Shown in pieces: positions 58,383-64,000 of a DNA stretch of 64,000 bases; positions within the stretch are counted from its first letter, which is position 1, and each line of letters opens with the position of its first letter. Source of the DNA: Deltaproteobacteria bacterium (GTDB taxonomy: Bacteria > Myxococcota_A > Polyangia > Fen-1088); the NCBI GenBank assembly GCA_033763315.1, contig JANRKS010000022.1:107166-171165 (forward strand). The letters run 5' to 3'. Below the pieces are notes generated by a model. The model was not told the DNA's origin, made no database searches, and saw only the letters and a list, made by a program, of their open reading frames with translations. A program made the translations under genes and the position numbers.

Positions 58383-59831
58383 ATGCCGATCAACAGAAAC
58401 ACTTTCGCCTTACGTCGGCAGTTCCTCGCGCGCGGAGGCGTTGGCCTTGGCACGGCCGCTTTGGCGTCTTTGGTGCGCACCACGGACGCGGCTGCTTCCA
58501 CCCGTGGTGTACCAGGCCTTCCTGGCGTGCCCCACTTCGCACCAAAAGCGAAACGCGCCATCTATCTCTTTATGTCGGGGGCGCCCTCACAGATCGAAAC
58601 GTTCGATTACAAGCCTCGGCTGTCATCGCTGGCAGGGCAAGAGCTGCCGGAGTCCATTCGCAAAGGCCAACGCCTTACTGCGATGACCGCTGCGCAAGCC
58701 AAGTTTCCGTTGGTGCCGTCAAAGTACGCCTTCAAGAAGGCGGGCCAAAGCGGCACCTGGGTTAGTGAGCTTCTGCCGAAAACGGCAGGCATCGTGGACG
58801 ACATCGCCATTGTTCGCTCGATGCACACGGAGGCCATCAACCACGATCCCGCGATCACATTCATGGCGTCGGGCAGTCAGTTGCCGGGGCGTCCAAGCCT
58901 GGGCGCGTGGTTGTCATATGGCCTGGGCAGCGACAACGAAAACCTGCCTGCGTTTGTGGTGCTCAAGTCCACGTGGACGGGACCGAAAGCCGATCAGCCG
59001 ATCTTTAGCCGTCTTTGGGGATCAGGCTTTTTGCCTTCACGCCACCAAGGCGTGGCTCTGCGCAGCTCGGGCGATCCGGTGCTGTACCTTTCGAATCCAG
59101 ACGGGGTCGATGTGGCCAGCCGCAGGCGCGCCCTTGATGTGTTGCGCACCTTGAACAGTGAACATTATGCCGCCGTGGGAGATCCAGAGATTCAAACCCG
59201 CATCGCGCAGTATGAAATGGCGTTTCGTATGCAGGCCTCGGTACCCGACCTTTGCGATGTTGGCCGCGAAACCGGATCCACGCTGTCGCTTTACGGTCCC
59301 GATGTCCACAAGCCGGGAACGTTCGCGTACAATTGTTTGCTGGCCCGCAGAATGGTGGAGCGCGGCGTGCGCTTTGTCGAAATCTTCCACCGAGGTTGGG
59401 ACCAGCACGAGAAACTGCCTCAGCACTTGCCCAACCAGTGCCGTGATATTGACCATGCCGCTGCAGGGCTCATAAGGGATCTGAAACAGCGCGGCTTGCT
59501 TGACGAGACACTTGTGGTGTGGGGCGGTGAGTTTGGCCGCACCGTTTATTGTCAGGGGAAACTGACGGCCAACGATTATGGCCGTGATCATCATCCGCGC
59601 TGCTTCACAATGTGGCTGGCGGGTGGTGGCATCAAGGGCGGCGTCCACTTGGGAAGCACCGACGAGTTTAGCTACAACATCGAATCAGATCCGGTGCACG
59701 TTCATGATCTCAACGCCACAATTCTGCATTGCCTGGGCATCGACCATGAACGTTTGACGTTTCGCTATCAAGGCCGTGATTTTCGGCTAACCGATGTGCA
59801 CGGAAACGTGGTCCGCAAGATCCTCGCCTAG
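58383..59831 (+). CDS. DUF1501-family protein
   Basis: RRQFL; [18 protein letters not shown]; INHDPA; CLLARR.VERGVRF; GWDQH; GRDHHP. Confidence 0.93.
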   Translation: MPINRNTFALRRQFLARGGVGLGTAALASLVRTTDAAASTRGVPGLPGVPHFAPKAKRAIYLFMSGAPSQIETFDYKPRLSSLAGQELPESIRKGQRLTAMTAAQAKFPLVPSKYAFKKAGQSGTWVSELLPKTAGIVDDIAIVRSMHTEAINHDPAITFMASGSQLPGRPSLGAWLSYGLGSDNENLPAFVVLKSTWTGPKADQPIFSRLWGSGFLPSRHQGVALRSSGDPVLYLSNPDGVDVASRRRALDVLRTLNSEHYAAVGDPEIQTRIAQYEMAFRMQASVPDLCDVGRETGSTLSLYGPDVHKPGTFAYNCLLARRMVERGVRFVEIFHRGWDQHEKLPQHLPNQCRDIDHAAAGLIRDLKQRGLLDETLVVWGGEFGRTVYCQGKLTANDYGRDHHPRCFTMWLAGGGIKGGVHLGSTDEFSYNIESDPVHVHDLNATILHCLGIDHERLTFRYQGRDFRLTDVHGNVVRKILA

Positions 59832-59929
59832 ACCCACCCCGCAGGCACCACACGCACCACGATGGGTGGTTTGACGGGTCTGGTCATTGGGGCAGGGGGA
59901 TAACGCAGCGGACGCGTATACTGGGCCAG

Positions 59930-60700
59930 ATGTCCCCATGCCGATTGCCAGGAACACTTGCACTGCTGTTAGCTTTGGCAGCAGCCACCGCATGCAACAA
60001 CGGGGCTGCCCCGATCGCCGGCGACAGCTATCTTGATGCTGATGTTGCCGAGGATGCTGGCGCCGCGGTGGACTCCCACGGGAGCGCAGAAGTCCTCGAG
60101 CACGACGCTGTGAAAAAGGATGCCAGCGAAAAACCGGATGCATCCACGAGTGACGTTTTGCAGCCTCATGTTGACGCCGCCCTAGATGGCAATATGCCAC
60201 CTATCCGCGCCAATGGGTCCATCTGCTCCAGAGGGAACGATTGTCAAAGCGGTCACTGCACCGAAGGGGTTTGCTGTGAGCAAGCTTGCGCTGGGGCTTG
60301 CCTCAGCTGCCGGTTGCTGGGCTTAGAGGGAATGTGCCGCGCCGTGCCCGCTGGCGTGGCGGCCAAGGAAGGTGGCTGCCACGTAGAGTCCGCGAGCACC
60401 TGCGGCCTCACCGGCCTATGCAACGGCCTTGGCGCTTGCGCTGTCTATCCTTTGGGCACGGTCTGCGCTGCTTCTCGCTGTGATGCCCAAACCTTGTTCC
60501 TGCCACGCATCTGCGATGGGGCTGGAAGTTGTTCAGCGGTTCAGTCCGCCTCCTGCGCTCCCTATGTCTGCTTGAACAACCGTTGCGGCTCTCCCTGCTT
60601 GGATGACTCCGTTTGTGCCCTGGGTGCGGTGTGCACGCCTTACGGCTGCATGTCTCGGCGAATCACTGCAACGGGGCAACTCCCTGTTGCAGCGCCGTGA
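59930..60700 (+). CDS. Cys-rich lipoprotein (myxobacterial-type repeats)
   Basis: ATAC lipobox; C.SGHC..GVCC..AC.G.C.SC repeat module. Confidence 0.75.
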   Translation: MSPCRLPGTLALLLALAAATACNNGAAPIAGDSYLDADVAEDAGAAVDSHGSAEVLEHDAVKKDASEKPDASTSDVLQPHVDAALDGNMPPIRANGSICSRGNDCQSGHCTEGVCCEQACAGACLSCRLLGLEGMCRAVPAGVAAKEGGCHVESASTCGLTGLCNGLGACAVYPLGTVCAASRCDAQTLFLPRICDGAGSCSAVQSASCAPYVCLNNRCGSPCLDDSVCALGAVCTPYGCMSRRITATGQLPVAAP

Positions 60701-60951
60701 TTGGTTCGCCGAAATCTGCCTTCGAGAAAGGCAGGCAATTGACGACGCCCATTTGATGCACGTTGATTGCTTGCGCAGACTGTGACGTGTGTGCCAAGAC
60801 TTTCCCATTGGCGCCAAGAGCGTCGCAACGGGAAGCCCCAGCCGGTCGTATCGGGCCAATGCGATACGATGATGTTGGGCACGAATTACGACGGCAGTGC
60901 GGCCATCGGGCGTCCTTTTGGGGCCCCTACATCAGGCCACCACCAAAAATC

Positions 60952-61281
60952 CTATCTCACAAATGATTTAGACTGGGCCGCCAGCTCGTTAATCTGGTCT
61001 ACATTGCATTTGATCCACAGGGTCAGATCGGTTCCGCAACCCGGACAGAACTTGAACCCGCGCTGCGCAACGAGGGCAACCTGACCTTTTGTCCAAGGTA
61101 AACTCCCTAATGACATACGGGCGCTGTTAAGCAACGATACGACGCCTTCCTCCGCGTCAGAATCGGTTGCCCTGGATTGCAGACAGAAAAAAGTCGTTCC
61201 CATCTCGCTCTTGACGACCGCGGAGATGCCCGCTCGGCCCGCATTGTCGGTGAGCTCCTTCATGTATTTGCAGCAGGTCAT
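60952..61281 (-). CDS. Small orphan Cys-motif protein (CC...CPxCG), immunity-like
   Basis: MTCC...FKFCPGCG.DL; lower GC than the host genes. Confidence 0.6.
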   Translation of the reverse strand: MTCCKYMKELTDNAGRAGISAVVKSEMGTTFFCLQSRATDSDAEEGVVSLLNSARMSLGSLPWTKGQVALVAQRGFKFCPGCGTDLTLWIKCNVDQINELAAQSKSFVR

Positions 61282-61306
61282 TGCGAGGCTCAATTCTTTC
61301 TGTACT

Positions 61307-61449
61307 GGCGTCAAAGCCACCGTCATGGGACAGGTCGCGGTATCGATAGAATGTGTCCCTCGAAAAGCCCATCACCTTGCAAGCCCTCGACACATTTCCC
61401 AGTTCTTCCGCCAGCTTCAAAAGTCCGATCTTGTTCTTTATGACTTTTG
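61307..61449 (-). mobile_element. IS481-family transposase N-terminal fragment
   Basis: Encodes KVIKNKIGLLKLAEELGNVSRACKVMGFSRDTFYRYRDLSHDGGFDA; no start codon. Confidence 0.85.
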
Positions 61450-61962
61450 TCAGCTTGGGTTCACTATGAGCCGCAAAAGTGATCCGCTTTGGTGTTCGAG
61501 GACAAATGCTATTTCGCAAGAGCCTCCGTCATTTATGTAGCCAAATCCACCCCAGCAAGAGATTTCACGCCAACATTGACCTTGCACAACAAAATACTTT
61601 GCACCATTGAGAACCATCCCTGACGCCCTCCAATGGTACTGGGTCGCCAGCTCCTGAACCTCTCGAGAAGTTGTAGCGTCTAGCCGATCATTGTTCTTTG
61701 CATATTCACGGACTGTAGCGGCTAGCTTCGCCGACGTAGGAACCTCTATCTGCGACGGGATCCAGACGGCGTCGTGAGTTATTGCGTGAGACCTTAAGAA
61801 CTTCTCTACCGCAGCTTCTGCTGTGATGACGTCGACAGTTTCCAGATTGCACAATGTGGCAGGCTGCGCGCCACCACTGAGCCTCGGTGGGCGTGCTTTA
61901 CACGCAGTCGCCGCTACACACAGCATAAGGACGCAGAAGAGTGAAGAAGGGTAAAGCGCCAT
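61450..61962 (-). CDS. Orphan lipoprotein
   Basis: Hydrophobic N-terminus with ATAC lipobox; low GC3; C-terminal DGGSC. Confidence 0.65.
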   Translation of the reverse strand: MALYPSSLFCVLMLCVAATACKARPPRLSGGAQPATLCNLETVDVITAEAAVEKFLRSHAITHDAVWIPSQIEVPTSAKLAATVREYAKNNDRLDATTSREVQELATQYHWRASGMVLNGAKYFVVQGQCWREISCWGGFGYINDGGSCEIAFVLEHQSGSLLRLIVNPS

Positions 61963-62055
61963 CTAGAAGCTCACGGCTGGCCAGCGTTTTGGATCATCAG
62001 GAAACCAGGAAAGTCGCTGACGAAGGCCGACGATTGCTCTGGACGATTGCTCGGC

Positions 62056-62187
62056 TTTCGAGGGACACATTTTATCGATACCGCGACCTTTTCCATGATG
62101 GTGGCTTTGACCCCCTGGAAGCCGAACATTAAGAACCGAGTCTCCGAGGACATGGAAGAAGCACTGAAACGGTTCTTGATTCAACCT
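62056..62187 (+). mobile_element. IS481-family transposase fragment with internal deletion/frameshift
   Basis: SRDTFYRYRDLFHDGGFDPL, then a frame change to KPNIKNRVSEDMEEALKRFLIQP. Confidence 0.8.
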
Positions 62188-62315
62188 ACGGTGGTCAAGA
62201 AGGCGATCACGCTGCCCTCCGGCGGCTCCGCTGACGAGCGTTCGGAAACGATTCGAGCGGCATGCCGTTGACGGTAATTGGCCAGTACCATCGGAATAGC
62301 AAAGGAAACCACAAA

Positions 62316-62843
62316 ATGGCGAGACTCCTTGTTTCTTCCTCGTTCTTTTTGTTCTTGGTTGGGCTCGTTACTCTCGCCTACGGTACCGAGAGGCGGCCAT
62401 GTTACGAGTTCACCATTTTCGTCCCCAACGAGCCGGAAAGGCTGCCTCTTCCATACGAGAATAAGGCCGGTGAGAAGATCTTTTCTGATTCGATCGAAGC
62501 TGTTTCTATCGAATGGGTACGGGTCAATGGGATGACCATTGACCCGGCTCGCATCGAATGGGACCTTGGAGTGCATAGGCTGGTCATCTTGCGACCTGCC
62601 TCCCGCATTTACGCTTATAGCGTTGAGAAGACCGCAATTTTGACCTATCGGAATATGACGAAGCACGATAGCCATATTTACAAGTTCGTGATTCCTCCTG
62701 ACTTTGACGTCCTGGAGATAGGCTACCGGATTCGCCTCCCCAGCGGAAAAGTGAGCGCCGAGCTCTGTAGTAAAGGCACAGTTATTGGGCCTACCGCTGG
62801 GCCCGATGGATACCCCGCGTTTGGCGCCGCCTTCGCTAAGTGA
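62316..62843 (+). CDS. Orphan secreted protein
   Basis: AAGGA RBS, signal peptide MARLLVSSSFFLFLVGLVTLAYG, lower GC. Confidence 0.65.
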   Translation: MARLLVSSSFFLFLVGLVTLAYGTERRPCYEFTIFVPNEPERLPLPYENKAGEKIFSDSIEAVSIEWVRVNGMTIDPARIEWDLGVHRLVILRPASRIYAYSVEKTAILTYRNMTKHDSHIYKFVIPPDFDVLEIGYRIRLPSGKVSAELCSKGTVIGPTAGPDGYPAFGAAFAK

Positions 62844-62951
62844 CCAGTGTGCCGGCGGCAAGTCACTACAGCTAAGATGGCCTGGTACTTCCAGTCCATC
62901 CATTGTGTCCGGTCGCCTCGGATGGCGGCTGCGCTCACGCCGGGGCATAGG

Positions 62952-63206
62952 CAGGTGGCGGTGGCGAAGCTGTACACGGGCAAGACGCCGCTGACTGCTG
63001 CTGATCTACTGAACGACCGGGTCGTGCCGCTATTCGAGGGCAAAGGAGTGCCCTTGCAGCGCGTACTCCCGGACCGAGGCACAGAGCACTGCGGGCGTCG
63101 CGACGAACATCCCTATCAGCTGTACCTGGCCATCAATGACATTGACCACACCCGGACCAAGGTGAAATCACCGCAAACGAACCGTATCTGCGAACGTTTC
63201 CACTGA
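62952..63206 (+). mobile_element. IS481-family integrase-core fragment
   Basis: VAVAKLYTGKTPLTAADLLNDRVVP..E.....LQRVLPDRGTEHCG....HPYQLYLAINDIDHTRTKVKSPQTNRICERFH*. Confidence 0.9.
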
Positions 63207-63213
63207 AACGCGT

Positions 63214-63645
63214 TTGATGAACACTTTCATGAAGGTTATCGGAATACTCATCTTTGTCGTTGTCACGACTTCATCCTCGTGTGGTCTTAAGGAAAGCCCA
63301 CCTCGGATTGGTGGTAACCTCAACGCTGCGTCGGGAGGCATTGACTTCGCCTTCAAGAAGTGTCGTGCAAAGAGCGGAGTTCCGGACGTTTCCCTAATTG
63401 AGGTGCTTGAGATACTGGGCGATGGGAAAAATTTCGGTATTTGCTCGATTGATTTGCCGAGCGGGGACGGGCTAACGGCATTCAGCTGGTCTGGAGCGGG
63501 CGTTTCGGCCAAATGTGCAGCCCCACACCCGGGGCGCTTCGTCCTAGCGATTAGGGACAAGATGAGGGGCGGGCGGGGAAGCATCTCTTTCTCAGTTGAC
63601 GAGAGTTTGCACGCGGTGATTCAGGACGATGGATGCCGCGAATGA
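63214..63645 (+). CDS. Orphan lipoprotein/secreted protein
   Basis: MNTFMKVIGILIFVVVTTSSSC signal/lipobox; four further Cys; lower GC. Confidence 0.6.
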   Translation: MMNTFMKVIGILIFVVVTTSSSCGLKESPPRIGGNLNAASGGIDFAFKKCRAKSGVPDVSLIEVLEILGDGKNFGICSIDLPSGDGLTAFSWSGAGVSAKCAAPHPGRFVLAIRDKMRGGRGSISFSVDESLHAVIQDDGCRE

Positions 63646-63684
63646 CGTATTTGGAAGCCCCCAATGCAGACGAAGCCCCCAATT

Positions 63685-63763
63685 TGTGATGACCACGCCT
63701 TGATCTGACAGTCGCCCCGGCCGTGACTGTGACATCGGGTCAAGTCAGAGCCGTTACTTTACA
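63685..63763. mobile_element. 79-bp TGT...ACA remnant resembling paired IS481-type ends
   Basis: TGTGATGACCACGCCTTGATCTGACA ... GGTCAAGTCAGAGCCGTTACTTTACA; imperfect inverted ends (14/26 by eye); internal ACAGTC/GACTGT hairpin. Confidence 0.45.
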
Positions 63764-63807
63764 AGTCGTTCCCCCATACAGATTCACCACACACAACCCA
63801 TTCCGCC

Positions 63808-64000
63808 ATGCACTCATCCATCCTCCTTGCATCCCTTGCGCTCACAACCGCGGTCACATCACCGGATCTATCTCGCATCAACGAGTACCCTGAGGTTGCG
63901 TTGGGCCCGCTCCCCACTGATCTATCGGTTCGCGACGATTACGCGGGGGAGGGCGCTTGCAATACGGACGTTTGCTTACAAACGTGGATCCAGTCGCCTA
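63808..64000 (+). CDS. Start of a probable secreted protein (truncated by the window)
   Basis: MHSSILLASLALTTAVTSPDLSRINEYPEVALGP..., open to the window end. Confidence 0.5.
   Translation, partial: MHSSILLASLALTTAVTSPDLSRINEYPEVALGPLPTDLSVRDDYAGEGACNTDVCLQTWIQSP

Noticed and set aside
60835-60890. attC-like hairpin (GCCCCAGC..TCGTATCG/CGATACGA..GTTGGGC)
   Set aside because: It ends in GTTRRRY but lacks the required AAC inverse core, the other cargo genes have no equivalent site, and no integron integrase is in the window. Kept only as a generic hairpin.
61157-61519. 120-aa ORF as an intact transposase gene
   Set aside because: Chimeric frame; only the central 47 or so codons are IS481-like.
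62181-62948. 255-aa minus-strand ORF
   Set aside because: Antisense to the 62316-62843 gene, which has an RBS and a signal peptide.
1-64000. rRNA, tRNA, CRISPR arrays, prophage or recognisable defence systems
   Set aside because: No diagnostic sequences found by eye; tRNAscan-SE, Infernal and DefenseFinder runs would be needed to exclude them formally.

Overview
High-GC bacterial chromosome segment. Gene content points to Myxococcota (inference): an AgmX/GltJ-type gliding protein, a myxobacterial-style Ser/Thr kinase, Cys-rich lipoproteins and DUF1592/DUF1552 pairs. In order: (1) a flagellar basal-body operon (flgB-flgC-fliE-fliF) with two receiver-less sigma54 activators, a divergent FleN/FlhG-like ATPase fused to PilZ, and orn; (2) housekeeping, ABC, gliding and kinase genes; (3) SCO plus a heme-copper oxidase operon whose subunits I and II appear to lack the canonical K-channel residues; (4) two DUF1592/DUF1552 and two PSD1/DUF1501 heme-c plus Tat modules, interleaved with two-component systems, a 1270-aa aromatic repeat protein, a GH3 glucosidase and an AraC regulator; (5) from about 60.8 kb, a lower-GC accessory region in which small orphan secreted or immunity-like genes alternate with colinear fragments of an IS481-family element. 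No rRNA, tRNA or CRISPR array was seen. Family names come from motif recognition by eye, not from database searches.
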